From the NCBI GenBank assembly GCA_905178155.1, contig CAJINV010000002.1, positions 9,802,650-9,866,649 of the forward strand: DNA of 64,000 nucleotides, in the 5' to 3' direction. Below, piece after piece: positions 13,073-26,304 of this stretch (position 1 is its first letter; the number at the start of each line of letters is the position of its first letter). A program made the translations under genes and the position numbers. The DNA is from Amoebophrya sp. A120 (Eukaryota > Protista > Dinoflagellata). Below the pieces are notes generated by a model, which saw nothing but the letters and a program-made list of their open reading frames with translations, was not told where the DNA came from and ran no database searches.

Positions 13073-16000
13073 GGCCCCGTCCGGCGAGGCAGAGACTAAG
13101 TTCGAAGAGCTTGCGTGTGTGTTTTTTTTCTTCTCCCCGCCCGGACGCAGTCGCATGTGAGTGCGCGCTCCTATTTTCCTTGCTTCATTCCTTATGCGTT
13201 TGCCACATCTCCTTCTCCCTCGAGGGCCTTGGAGCTGCCTCTCGCATGTTGCGCCTCCTGTCTACCTATTCAATTTTCGCCGCGCGCGCCGCGCGCCAGT
13301 GTTTGTCTTGCCGGAACGAAAAAACGCAGCAGCTCCGTCTCGTAGTCTCTAGCCTGGCGCGGGCACTGCTTTTTACATGCATGCGTTGCTATCGGACTTT
13401 GGAAAAATGCTGATCGACCTGCTGGAAGTTCCGGACTTCTTTACATATCGACGAGGAGAGGCTTAGTATTAGGATTCTCATGGTCAGAAATTGCAATTAC
13501 TGACTAGGGACTTCCTTGACGGTTTGCATGAAAGAAAAGCTGCGTGTCTGCCAACGATAAAGCGTTACCCGACGCAGCTCCCTTGACTATGACTTGCTTG
13601 CGCCTTTATTCAAAGGGCAGAGCGAAGCCCAGCAAAACTGCCGGCCTCGTTTGCTTTCGACATACTCAATGTTAGGCAGTACTTGCAAACGAGGATTGTC
13701 CTCGCACTTGACTATGAGAAGAAAGACAGAGTGTTTATTGCGTGGCATATCTAAAGCTCGGCCGCACGGGAAAAAAACTACGCCTCGTTCTTCGCTACCG
13801 TGCTGCTGGACCGCACAGTTCCGGCCGTCGTCGCCGCCATCGGGCATCTTTTTGTCCGCGCTTCAAATAAAGAGCTCTTTTACTCCAAATTGGAAGAAAC
13901 CCTCACCGATCGCCGCCCCATCGGAAGGGACACGACTATGAGCGAGTTCGTCACGAATTTAGCTTATCACCTGGAAAACAGGCGCGCCCGTCGGCTGCGC
14001 GGCCACTGCCGTGCGAACACGGGGCGGATTACGTAATATGCTTAAGTGAATAGCTCTGGTCCCACTTCTCCTGGACGGAGAACATATGAACCAACAGCCA
14101 AAATCTAAGCCGTGCCTTGCCTATGCTCATTCTCTACCGATTTTGGGAGTGGATCAAGACACCCGGGGGCGCGTCTGCTTTCAATTGCATACACTGATCA
14201 CTGACAACTATGCGACAATGGCGCTGCCAAAGTATCGAGAGGGGGAGACCATGGCGGCTATGCACTGCAGCTTGGGGGTGGCGGCGTCAAAGATTGCAGC
14301 GGTCTGCAGCATTCAAAGTGAGTGTTGAGCAAATATGATCAACAGTGCGCAGCAGAGTGCTTTCATTCATGTGTGCGGCCTGCTGGCAGGCTCTAGCTCT
14401 AGCATAGCCACGACATTACACACGACGAGAACTACGCGGTAGCGCGCGTGGCGCCGTAATTCATTGCAGGCCCGTAGTGAAACGAATTGTGGCAACGTAT
14501 GTAAGTACTTAGGAGTATATAGACAGATGAGAGACCTGTCATTCGTATCACCGCGGTAAGCAGAGCAAAAGATAGAGAACGTGAAAGACAAAGAAGAGCT
14601 ACATCTTCACCTTCAGCGAACTCCACCTTCTGTTGCAGGTCATAACAGCCGATCTCATCAACTACATTATCTCTGGCGCTGCGTGGTATTTCAGTGTCTT
14701 AACTGACTCCTTCTTATTTTTGCATCATGATCATGAGAAAATAAAAATATGTTTGGGTCTGCGTCTCAATGAGCGCAAAACGAAGAGCGCCGGAACTCAG
14801 CGTCATCAACATTCTTGTATGAAGTACCAAAACACTAAACACAGGGAGCAACAGAAACGAACTGAGAGGCTTGGGCTTTATCAAAGATAAAACATTTCTG
14901 GGCAGCGGAGCAAGGTGGATGAAGGTGCAATATTCAAGCCTACCAAAATTGATTGGGGAGAATAAGTAGGCTCATCTAGAGAGCCGCTGCGCCGTTGTGG
15001 CAACGCTGGGCCATCCGACTTACTAGGACATCAAAAAACTCTAGCACGAAGAATAGGAGGCGCCAACCGTAGCGGCGCCTGTTGTGACGGCTCCTGCTCC
15101 TGCGCACGAAATAGAAGAACTGCGCTCGGGGCGGCGTCGAGCCTTACTGAAGTAGGCGCATGTAATTCCTAGGGCATGAATGTAACCGGCCGACGTGCTA
15201 GTTAAACTGAGCCTGAAGGTGTAGCAAATCTCCGCCCGGTTGGAGCTTCTGACTGACATGTGATAACTCCGTTGCCCAGAGGTTTTTTTCGCATAGGCTG
15301 GGGCACGGCGAAAAGGTGACATGCTTCCACCCGAATCCAGGCGGCCTTGGCTGGGGCTGGACTCTTGGGGTCGTCGCGGATCCGACGTATGGAAACGAAA
15401 AAACCTAGCCACAGTCCCTATTCATGTGCTGCTTGTGATTTTGCATCATAACAAGTCGTCCACCTTCTAGCGTCGCAGCTTGCATTAGAGGCACGTGAAA
15501 CACGCCGAGCAAGCCCACGCGCCAGGAGTGTCATACTCACTATGATGGATGCATTGGAACGCACAGCAAACCATTCCTGTCGTGCGCAGATGCCGATCCT
15601 CACTAGCCGCAAAGAACTTACGCTAGTTTTTTCGTTTGATATAGTGCGGGTGACTTTTTGCGACGGCAGCATGACGAAGCTCCTTTTGTCAAACGGAGGG
15701 GACGGCCCTGGTGCTTGCCAATTTGTGAGGAAGCACGCAGCGCTAATCTGTAAGCAGGGTAAGGCATCCTGAAGAAAAAATGTATACAGCTACATACTTC
15801 ATGATAAGTCATCAAAGGAATTTCTTTCTCACGTTTCTACGACAAGCGTCTTCGTACATCGTCAAACAGAAACACAAACTTCGAGCAATGCTTCCTCCAA
15901 AAGGCGACATTTTTTTTCTGCGAAAGCATTTACCCCACGACGGCGACGTTCTTCTGATGAGCCGGAGGGAAAGAGTTTTTGAAAAGCAGACATCTTTCAT

Positions 16001-16590
16001 GAAGAAAGTTTTCAAATGAGCATTGCGGCACGTCGTACGAAACGATGGAACACTTGACAGCGCCACTCTGCAACGAACACTTCGAAGCTAAAGCTGTATC
16101 GCCTTGGTAAGTTGACGACGAAGCCGCCTTCCTCTCAGTAGGAAACATCCCGGCCGTACGTTGTTCTTTTACACGTTCATGAACCTCCAAGAAAAGTTAA
16201 CGCAAGAACGAACTGTGTCCAGCCGTCTTTTCACAACACACATCTTCGTGATTGCTTTGGATTTCACATAGTTAGATCTTCTGCCTTCAACATCAACAGT
16301 TTCTCTTCTTTCCACTTCCTCCCGCTCAGGAGGTTTCTCGGTAGATCGCATGGTTTTATTTTCGTCTGTAAGAAGGAAATATTGATACACTCACCTCTAA
16401 CTATGGGCGTTGGCCATTCTTATTCGAGGGACTCCAATTTGATTTCGCGGTGGCGCTTGTCGGAGCATATTTCGCATTGGTATTGCACCCGCATGTCTCG
16501 TAATCGGAATCAAACTACTTTGCCTTTACCTTGACTCGAATCCAACATACGGCTCTGAAGACCCGATAGGAAACAAATTTCAACTCGAAG

Positions 16591-17483
16591 ATGCGGCAGT
16601 TGTTTCAGGCCTCGCACGTTGCCCGATTTTCCGATGGTTTTGCCAACATCGGGTGGCGGTGGAAGCAAAAGATAGTTCGGGCGCAACGCAACGCACGCAA
16701 ACAGCAGATCGCGGACGCATTTGGGCAGGTCGAGACTTGCTACGCAAGAGCCCGGGAGAAGCTGGTGGACGCAATGCGGGAGCAGGCCGGGGTGCGAGCA
16801 CAAGCCTCGGCTAAAACTGGGAAGGAGAAGCTTATCCAAGAATACGCCGGCTCGGGTCTCGGGGGACAGAACCTCTTCGGCAAAGTATTACAGTGAAAAA
16901 TGCCCCCCACCCCTAAAATTGCAAAAATTTGTGATGCGAAGTTTCCAAATGAAAACTTTTTGTCATGCATGAAAGGAGTATGAATCTTTCTGATGCAGGG
17001 CTTAGGCGTGTAACGCATCGCTTGCATGACAAGCGCCGCTCTTGCTGGGATCTTTTGCAATGCAAATTTTTGCTATTCACGATCGTAAATCTGTGATGCT
17101 GATACATGCAAGAGGGCGAATGTTTCATTTGGAAAGGTTTGCAATACAAATGCTTTCAAGTTCGGGGGTGGGGGTATTTTTCATTGTAATACAAAGATTT
17201 TTATCCCCTATCCGCGAGACAAACTCTGTGCACAGCCCCGTCCTCTTGCACGGATATTAACGAAAGAACAGCTTTGTTTCTGCAAGAGACCCAGGCTGCT
17301 CACGAACGAATCGACGCACGGATGCTGGCACTACAAAATTATGCGGTTGCGAAGGTTGTGTCAGAGATGTCGCGCAGAGACACGACGCACATAAGAAAAT
17401 ACAAATTAGTGCAAAGCCGCTGGATAGTATATATAAACTTCTTCTGGAAAAAAGTTTTTTTCGCCGTCTTCCGCAACCTGTAA
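16591..17483 (+). CDS. Hypothetical protein, two exons joined across a TIR element
   Basis: ORF 16591 (..GQNLFGK) joins in frame to DFYPLSARQ..FLQETQAAHERIDARML after removing 16886-17196. Confidence 0.5.
16886..17191. mobile_element. Introner, family E
   Basis: TIR tattacagtgaaaaatgccccccacccc; DR CAAAG/CAAAG. Confidence 0.93.
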
Positions 17484-18460
17484 ATTTTCATGCGAGGAGC
17501 CACGGAAGGGGAAGGATGGGATGACGGCTTTTCTCAATATTTTTTCAGCACCATTGTGTGTCGCGCTCGCGTAGGACTCGGATCATAGAAACAGAGAATT
17601 AGTTTGCATGCACTTTTGTTTTCGGCCACAGTTTGTAGTATGCAGCTTTTGTTTGTACCAGACAGCGAGCTCATCGCTCGACATTCTCGGCACATCTGCG
17701 ATTGCATACTCCGGACCAGCTTCAACTCGGTTGGTACAAGCAGAATACATTCCGGCTCGCTGCGGTCGAAAAACATTTTAAGTTTGGCCGGGACCCCCAA
17801 GCGACCGTGGAAGACTGATAGTACGAAGCTTGTCGAACCAAAAAGAATGAAGATGATCTTGTTGAAGGCATCAGCCAACCAGGAAGACGAACGAGTATTG
17901 CTGGGAAGAACGAAAAAGCGGAGAAATAAAAGTCTTGAAAGAAAAGGCTCCCGGGTAGTTCCGTTTGGTTTCATCAGCAATTTTCTTCTATCCACCTACT
18001 ACACTAATCCCTTGGTCGTAAGAGTCCCTTTGCGTTTCTTTGATGTCGTCTCTATTTTCACAGCGTGGAGAGGTTTCTAGTCCTTCTATCACACGCCAAG
18101 TGCTTTGCTGTTGTTTGGCAAAGCAAGAGGAATCGAGTCTCCCTTCGCAATTAAAGGGATTTTTCTCTTCTTGTGCAAATTGTGACGCGAAAAATCACGC
18201 TTCTGAAAGCAACATGGTTATGAGAGAACAGCAGGGCGGGGTGTGACAGCACGATGGCTGATGCGAGCAACGGGAAATTGTTTTCTGTTTGCTTTGAGCT
18301 TTTTTCACCTGATCCGCTGTGGATGACGCAAAAATAGGTGGTAGTGCTCATTTTTATACAAGAGGAACTCTAAAGTCCCTCGTCCCGTGTGAGGGGCCCC
18401 CTCGGCCATTCCCTCATGGGACCTTTACAACTACTAACTTAGTGAGAATAGGCAGATATT

Positions 18461-21400
18461 ATGGCCGACTCGTTTCAATTGCTGACCGTTCTGGGGAACG
18501 GCTCCAAGTCGGTCGAAGCGCATTTCCGCTACCCCCTGGGTGCCTACCAGAGCGGCAGCACCTTGGTTCTCTGGGACTACGTGAAGGACAAAAAGCGAAA
18601 CATACCGCTGCTCCCGAATCAATGGTGCCACCACCTGTTTTTCGCGAAAGACGGACTCACCATTCTTGGCTTGTGGCTCGGCCAGGGCGGACAACCGACG
18701 CTGACATGCTGGCGGGTGGCGGACGGCGAGAAAATTGCCGAGCAAACATATCCTCTGCAAACACTTGAACTCGTCTCTAGATGCACGGTTGTGGACTTGC
18801 GTTTTGGGACGAGGTGTCTATCTACGACACCTGGGCCCAGTATATTCAGAAATTTCAATTGTACGCTATTGCATGATCTTATCATGGTGCAGTCAGAAGA
18901 CTCGCCGTACGCACAGATTCTTGCACGTGTCTGTGGTTGGAATGACAATTCGCTAGAAACACTTCTTATCTCCGATCAATGTCGATGTTTGCAGTGCATA
19001 CAACACTGGCCGACACAAGTGGCAGCGGGGTGGTCTCGGCCTTTTCCACGGAAACACACATATTGGTCGTCTTGCAGAAAGGTTGTGTCGGTTTTGCGTC
19101 GGTATAAATATTAAGTATTCATCTGCTGCTGCTCTTTGAGTTTTGATTAGGTCAATCATCATCTGCATTTGATGCAGGTTCGTGTTTGGCAAAGGAAAGC
19201 ATTAGCTCTCACTCTGACCAGCTGCAGCTGCCGGAGATGAACAACCACGATCTCGTTAGCACTTGTCTACTACTCAGGTCGTGCAATGGGACTCGCGCAC
19301 CCTCCGACACCAAAAGCTCGCCCACGGCCATGTGGGGAACACCGAGGACATTATTACGATCCAGATGCTGCCAAACAACAGCTCCTTCGTCGCGTTGTCG
19401 CAGTCGGAGATCAAATTTTTCTCCTTTGCACAGGACATGACGGTCCGACTGGTGTCCCGCGTCCTGTTCAAGCAGAAAATCGACGACCTCGCGGTGTTCG
19501 ACGACGTGCTCTACCTACTGTCCGCCAAGGGAAAGGTTTTGTGTATCGACTACGACGGTAACCTCCTTGCCACGGTGGGGTACCCCGGGGTCCGCTTCAC
19601 CGCTCTGCAGATCTCCACCACTAACGGCCAGATGATCCTGGGCAGCAGCGTCGGCGACTTGTTCCTCTACTCCCTGGCCCGGCTGGAGTTCAAGAAGAAG
19701 ATTGAGTGCCCGAAGGTCGCCGCGGGGGACAGCACGGGCGCCACGCAGAACAACGGGGAGCAGATCTACAAGCTCAGCTTTGGCATGAACCTCGACTACG
19801 TTTTTTCCACTTTCCTGGATTCCAGCGTCGGCATCGCGCACCTGCCCACCAACACCTACGTCGGCCTGCGCATGGGCCACCTGCTCCCGGTGAAAACCAT
19901 CGCCCGCGCGCCGACGCTGCAAGTGCCCGCCGTGCTGGCGAGTAAACTGATCGACCCGGACCGGCACGCGGTGTCCAACGCGCTCTCGTTTGTGTCCGTT
20001 AGCCAGGACGGAAGCTTCTTGTCGTGGCCCATCACCGGCTCGCCCTTTCGCACCGAGGTCTACTCCGCGAGCGACCAGGCACCCTACGAAATGAGCGGCC
20101 TCCCAAACGTACCAGAAACCTTCCAGCCAGGTGTAGTACGCATTTGATTTCATCGGTTCTTGTTTTGGTCGTGGTCGTAGTACACATAAGTTCTTAGAGT
20201 AGAAGAAGAGTTTCATAAATACTTGTGATCTTGTTTGGAAAAGGCAGCTGACATCAACCCTCGTGCTTTAAGATCGTCTTCCAAGTATCTTATCAGAAGT
20301 GGCAGCGCGCAAAGAATAAATGGAAAAGCTAAACAACCACAAGAATCTAGATCCTTCCGCACCTACTTACAGCACCTTACCTCGCGACTTCGGAGACGCC
20401 CAAGCAGAAGATTGCGCTCACCGCTGCCGCGTTCCGGAAAACAAGCAACAGCATTGCGCTAGATGGCCGGTTGAACGGGAGCTACGAACTGTTGGCCGGC
20501 GTACAGGACGGCGCGCTCTTTCTGTACACCTATGAAGATAACCGCACGCCGCCACGAGCATCCTTCACCATCAGTCAACAGGCGAACATGGAGATGAACA
20601 AAAATTCGTCAAAGTCCCCCGAGCGCTTCAGCTGGCGGCTCGCGCTATCAAATGTAAAAGTGTCTGGGTCTGGAAGAATGCAACTTGTGACGCTGCGTTT
20701 CGATGTCTAAAAAACTTGTGTTGCATGAGCAGCAAAAGGAATCTAATTTTTATTTTTGCTACGCGGAGAGGGTATTTGTCATGCAGAATGGGCATCAAGA
20801 ATCCCTCAAAAGACCTGTGATGCTAGGGCATGCATTACAGGCATCATGGGCCATGAGAAATATGCATGACAAATCTTGCATTCTTCCAGACCCAGACATT
20901 TTTACATTTGATACGCGCTGGTCCGGCCGCCGCCGCCGGAGCTCCGCGAGTGGCAGATCGGAAGCAAGTCCATGCAAATGAATGTGAGCAATGCCGTATC
21001 CTGAGTAAAAACGCACCCACACCAGAGTCAGGATGGGGATTTTGCAACACAAACCTAGGAGCTTTGTGAGTCACGCATGACAAGTTCCACTCTGCAGTGT
21101 AGTGCAGGTTAGCAAGTGCAGCCGCATGACAGATTCATCTGCTCATCCTGTTCACAGCATCACAAATTCCAAAACACGATTGGAAATGGCTCTCATGGGG
21201 ATGCGCATAACAAGTCTTCCTGTCTTTGCAAATCTGCATTACAACTCTGGTGTGGGTACGTTTTTCCTCAGGATATGCCGGGGTTGCGATAAAAGCCATG
21301 GATGAGGATGCGGACGACCTCGAGGTGGATCCATCTCGAGACGCAGCTGTCCACGCCGCAGTGGGCAGCGTTGCAGCTGCAGCACCCCCTACTTTATCGA

Positions 21401-24400
21401 GGGGTCGTGATGCGGGGGGAAGCAACGGCGTCATTACGGGCACCTCCGCCGCGTCCTCTTCTACGTCTTTGCCCTACTGCTGCGACCTCCAGTTTTACGC
21501 AATGGGGACAGAGAGCAGATGCATCCCGCCTTCGTGATGAAAGTGATGTACAACTTATTGCACGGCTAGATCTTCCACCAGTGCTTTGCTGGTACAAATC
21601 TGCATATAGATGAACTTGATGCTCTCATCTGCTTTCATCTTCCCCACGCCGGGTATTTTGGCAAGCGGAATATAGAAGTGCAACGCAAAAATTAATAGAT
21701 CATACATTCTATCAATGTTGACGATATGTGGAATCAACTGCCCTCTGCTTCCCTCCATACTGACCTTCCGCTCGACCCCCCAAGTGAGTATTACGCCCAG
21801 GCGAACGGTATAGCGCAGATGAATCCTGCAACTGCTGCCGCTTCCGGGGGCCAGCAGGGCGCCCAGTCGTACGTGCTGGCGACGTACACCAACGGGTTCT
21901 CGGAACTACTTTCCTACCCGGAGCTCCGCCAGCAACTGGTGCTGCAGAACCCGCCACCCGCGAGCTCGCCTTCCGCGGCGGGCGGGGGCGGAAAAAGCAG
22001 TAGCAGCACCAAGTGCAGTGCGAAGTTTGTGCGGCACCCAGACTACGAGAAGCGGGTCTACGACCAAAACTTGTACATTCTTGCGCAATCCGCCGCGAAC
22101 AACAACGAGCTAGTATCAAACTGGAAACAGTCATGTCAGGTCCATGGACGAGAAAGATGATTTTATTTCTAGCTGCTATTTATGGTCGTGTGCCTCATCA
22201 AATACAGACACAGAGTTGGTCATACGTCGAGATCTGTTTGTTGACACGGAAGTCGGAAGCATATCTGTTTCCTATACGCGAAGCCGCCACTACAAGACGA
22301 TGATGAAGTCGTCGGCTTTCGCGGGACAACCACGAATAAACGCCTTGAAAGAAAAGCCTGAGCACTGCGAACATGCAGAGCTACTTAAATATGCTTCCAT
22401 CTTCCCGCTATTGAAGCCATAGAGCGATTTCTGTTAATGTGTTCCCTATCATTCCCTCCACCGCAAAGACGACTGTTTCCCGTCGGATACGGTATCCTGT
22501 TTGAAGTGTACCGCCTCGGGTCCGGTTTCGCGAAGAGTACACTGAAGACCTTCGAAGTGACCGCGACCGTTCCTGCGACCCAGACGATGAGCGCCGGCGG
22601 GTTCGGATCCGGGGCGCAATCCACGCGGGGACGCGCTGGCTCAGCGGGGGCAGCACTGGCTGCAACTCGGAGCGACACGCCCTGCATCACCGACTTTTCC
22701 GTGCATCCCAGCAAGCTGTTCGTCGTCATCACTGCAGTCATTCCACAGGAGGACTCGCCCCAGCTCTCCATCTACGACCTGTGGAGCGGGGAGAAACGGC
22801 ATCAAATGCCGTTGTTTGCTTCGGTACTCATCACCAGTCTCGCACCTCTGCGGCCGATATCGAACTGAAAATAAGGGCAGTCCCCCAAGAGCTCCGTACC
22901 AACTAGTACGCACACGAATTTCATTGCGCTGCGTGATCTTCTCTCCAGTGACCAAGTGATTTTGTCATGATGTCTCCTCAAGGACAGAGACGTAGAAGAC
23001 GTTTCCAGACCAGCATTTGCTCCTAGCTGCATTGATTTGACAATGAAAGTGACAGCAGAGTAACATATTGCCATTGGCTTCTCGTATATTAAACATTGCT
23101 TGTGTGCGCTGGCTGCCATGCGGGGGAATTTCTTTGCTTCATATTCCAGTATCTGTTGCGACCCGAGCGGGGCGTTTGTTTTCGCCGCGAGCACACCGGC
23201 TTGGGTAAGTATTTCCTTTAATACTTCAGATGCTGTAAAGATTGTGAAGGACGGAGTAGTAATGCAACAGCACGGTCGTGGTTTGCTTCTTCCATATCGT
23301 TGAGAATTAGCGGCTACCTCCTCCAGAAAAAAAAAAAAACAGGTCGGGATATCCTATGTAAAAACGTCCCCACACCAGAGTCAAGCTGGGGATCTCGCAA
23401 CACAAATCGAGAAGTTTTGGGGGTCCAGCATGACAAGTTCGTCTCTGTACTGTAGTGCAATTTAGCAAGCACAGCCGCAACACAAATCCATCTACTCATC
23501 CTGTCGACAGCATTACAAAGCGCAAAACGCGATTGGAAATACCTCTCATGTGGATGCGCATTACAAATCTTCCTGTAGCTGCAAATCTGCATGACAACTC
23601 TGGGGTGGGTACATTTTTGCTCAGGATACGGGAGTTTCGAGCAGGCGGCCCGGGATCTCGCCGAGGTGCCGACAAGTACGGCCCTTGTGATATCAACTGT
23701 AAAAATGTCTGGGTCTGGAAGAATTCATGTTTGTCATGCTTGTCTGGCATGACTTTTAAATCTGTCATGCACGTTACCCAAGAGCTCCGTTTTTCTGTGA
23801 TGCAGAAGCGCAGTTTGTCATGCAGAATGGGCAACACCTAGGAGCTCAGAAACTTGTCATGCTGAGCCAGCATTTGTAGCCTCATCATGAGACGCCACCC
23901 AGCATCACAAGTTTCCAGACCCAAACACTTTTTACGGTTGATATGTGACCGACAGCTGCCAATTGGTCAATCCCATGCAGGAAGAGCTTCGCAAGGCCAC
24001 CACCGGCGCAAGGAATAACCAAAATGTCCGCCTGCCACCCACCGCCAGCGTGCTCTGCGTGATCGACTTCAGGAAGGCCACGTTGCTGCACCAGATGAGC
24101 CTAGACATCTGCGCCTTCTCGCTGGGATCCTTCGAGACCAAAATACACGACCCCACGCAGGTACATAAATCATTTCTGCGTACTTGTTTACTTCAGTTCA
24201 ACTCAACTATCCATGCACTGTCTACACTGTCTCTAGTAGCTCGGGCTCGACTACATCGGGCTATTGCTAGCAGTGCCTCCCTCATCTACAATTGAATCCA
24301 GCACGGCTTCCTTTCGCACTGACATAACATGTATCAACATGAGATGAGCAGCTCCTGCAGGTTGAGAACAAATATTCTCTACTTCAATTTGGTAAAGAAG

Positions 24401-25436
24401 TATTTCAAATGCTTCTTTTCTGCACAGCTTCTGATCGGCAGTCACGACGGCACTATTTCCATCTGGTCTCCCCCGGAGAGCGTGCGACGCGTCATCCGCA
24501 CGTGGCTGAAAGAAGCCGAGCAGGCGAGCTTGCAAGCGGTCTCAGACGTGCCCCAATCCCTCGAAAACGCGATCGAATCCTTCTGGTTCTACTCGCAACG
24601 CCACCTCCCCGTGCAGTGGTCTGAGGAGAAATATCGTCCGGTGGAAGCGGCCAACGGACCGCCGCCGCAGCGCGACCGCGCCGGCAGCTCGAATTTTTTG
24701 TTGCCGAGCGAGGACTATTCCCGCCTGAACTTCGGGACCAGCAGTGCCGCGGTAGGGAGAAACGACGAGCTAAATTTCGGGCTGAATACCGATGAGGACG
24801 TAGTGGTGCAAGCGCGCGAGGGGCGGTTGGGCCACATGGTCGATGGTCCGGCATCAACATCGCCCCTGAAAGCGAGCAACGCTGGACCGGGCGGCGTCGG
24901 TCCTCTACCGGGGTCCGCCTCGTCTTCGTCTGCGAATGTGAACTTCCGGCAAGTCAACCTCGAGGAGCCATTCAGCATGGGCGGGACCGCATCTCGCCGA
25001 AGCAGAAACTCCTCCTTTGACGTTATGAAAACGAAATTGTGCGTCACAGTCACGACCTCAGAGCCGTTTTGTAATGCAAAACGCCTCACGACAAAACGTC
25101 TCGGAGGGTATGACTGTGCCGCGGAGTGTCGTTTTCATACACGTTGGTCCCTTTGCAGCGGGCGGAAATTTCAGTGGGTCCATGAACATCAACCAGCAAC
25201 TAGTCGCCCCGGCGCCGGGGAGCTCGGGCAACCTGTTCCGGCAGAGCCAGCAAGGCCGGAAGCTGTTGGGGGACGGCAACCCACCCGAACTGGTCTACAA
25301 CTATGAAAATGAGGTGGGCGGCCAGGACGGCGATAACTTTGACCTGGTGGAGGACATGTTTGCCGGCTTTGAGTCCTTCGAACGTAATGTCGTCGGTCTC
25401 GGACCGGAGGACGATGACAGTGACGAGGAGTACTGA
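18461..25436 (+). CDS. Large WD40-repeat protein, WDR62/MAPKBP1-like
   Basis: N-terminus LTVLG..AYQSGSTLVLWD..LFFAKDG..GQPTLTCWRVADGEKIAE, and later CCDPSGAFVF and LLIGSHDGTISIWS, resemble the WDR62/MAPKBP1 propeller. Many introns, including elements 18749, 20646, 20997, 22114, 23350, 23691 and 25024. Confidence 0.6.
18749..19000. mobile_element. Introner, old single-copy type
   Basis: tatcctctgcaaaca ... tgtttgcagtgcata; DR AAACA/CAACA; restores AEQTLADTSG. Confidence 0.8.
20646..20913. mobile_element. Introner, family A
   Basis: DR CGCGC/CGCGC. Confidence 0.95.
20997..21275. mobile_element. Introner, family B
   Basis: DR TGCCG/TGCCG. Confidence 0.95.
22114..22489. mobile_element. Introner, old single-copy type
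   Basis: tatcaaactggaaacagtc ... gactgtttcccgtcggata; DR decayed (GCTAG/CGGTA), but removing element plus 5 nt gives NNELVLFEVYR. Confidence 0.72.
23350..23628. mobile_element. Introner, family B
   Basis: DR CGGGA/CGGGA. Confidence 0.95.
23691..23943. mobile_element. Introner, family A
   Basis: DR TGTGA/TGTGA. Confidence 0.95.
25024..25139. mobile_element. 116-bp palindromic mini-introner
   Basis: tatgaaaacgaaattgtgcgtcacagtca ... tgactgtgccgcggagtgtcgttttcata; DR GACGT/CACGT; restores SSFDVGPF. Confidence 0.88.
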
Positions 25437-26304
25437 GGCGAAGCGCGATCAAGTTGCAAAAGTAGAGCGTCTTCGACTTCTGCCTCCCACTTTATCTTTA
25501 TGTGTGCTCTGAGGTCGAGTACCCACTGAAGAACAGATACGAAAATAATAATACGAAGCTTCTACTCTCTAAAAAATTTTCACGTCTTTCGCAATGGCTC
25601 ATGTGCAAAGTAGTTCCTATGAAGATACTACGTTTTTTTCATATTTCGCAACTTATTGATTTTCAATCACGGGATAGCGACTCAAAAGAAGGAACGCCTG
25701 CTCCTACGCCCACAGGGTCGACAGTGACAGATTGCTGACAAGAATTCCTGAAAACGCAATCGAGTTGCCCTGGCCTGAAGTGTGGGAAGCAAGCGTATAC
25801 ATAGAGACCTGGTGTGCTTGTGAACTAACGTGATACAGTGATAGATCCAGATGAAGGAGCGCCGGGTATTTATTCTGATTTCGCAGCTCATTTTGCTGCG
25901 CCCGGGGGAAACCAAGTACAGGGACTACGGTCTTACGGTGATTCTAACAAAAGACGGCACACCGCATGTTCATAAACTGAAGCAAATAGAAATACACGCT
26001 CGACAGAAGACGAGGAACCAAGTCGAGAACTGCAAGTCGAGGAATGCAACTGCTTCTGGTTGCCAGGAAGGGGTACTGAGGGAGAAATGTGAGGGGTGGA
26101 AAAAAATGGAACACCGCGCATAGGATGGCCTCGCACTTTGCGTGGTCGTGGTGCGGTCGCTAGCTTACTCCGACATAATTCTCATAAAAAAAGTCGAAGT
26201 CATTCTCTTGACGAACCTTTAGTACGAGCACAGCTACAGCCATCCAAGAGCCGGTACTGTCTCGTCTTGTTGTTTCTACTAGCAAATCAAAATCAATAGC
26301 GATT

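Noticed and set aside
22858-23143. Possible highly eroded element (tatcgaactgaaaat ... ctttgcttcata)
   Set aside because: Element plus 5 nt restores the frame, but the TIR match is weak and a GA-AG intron 22856-23149 explains it equally well.
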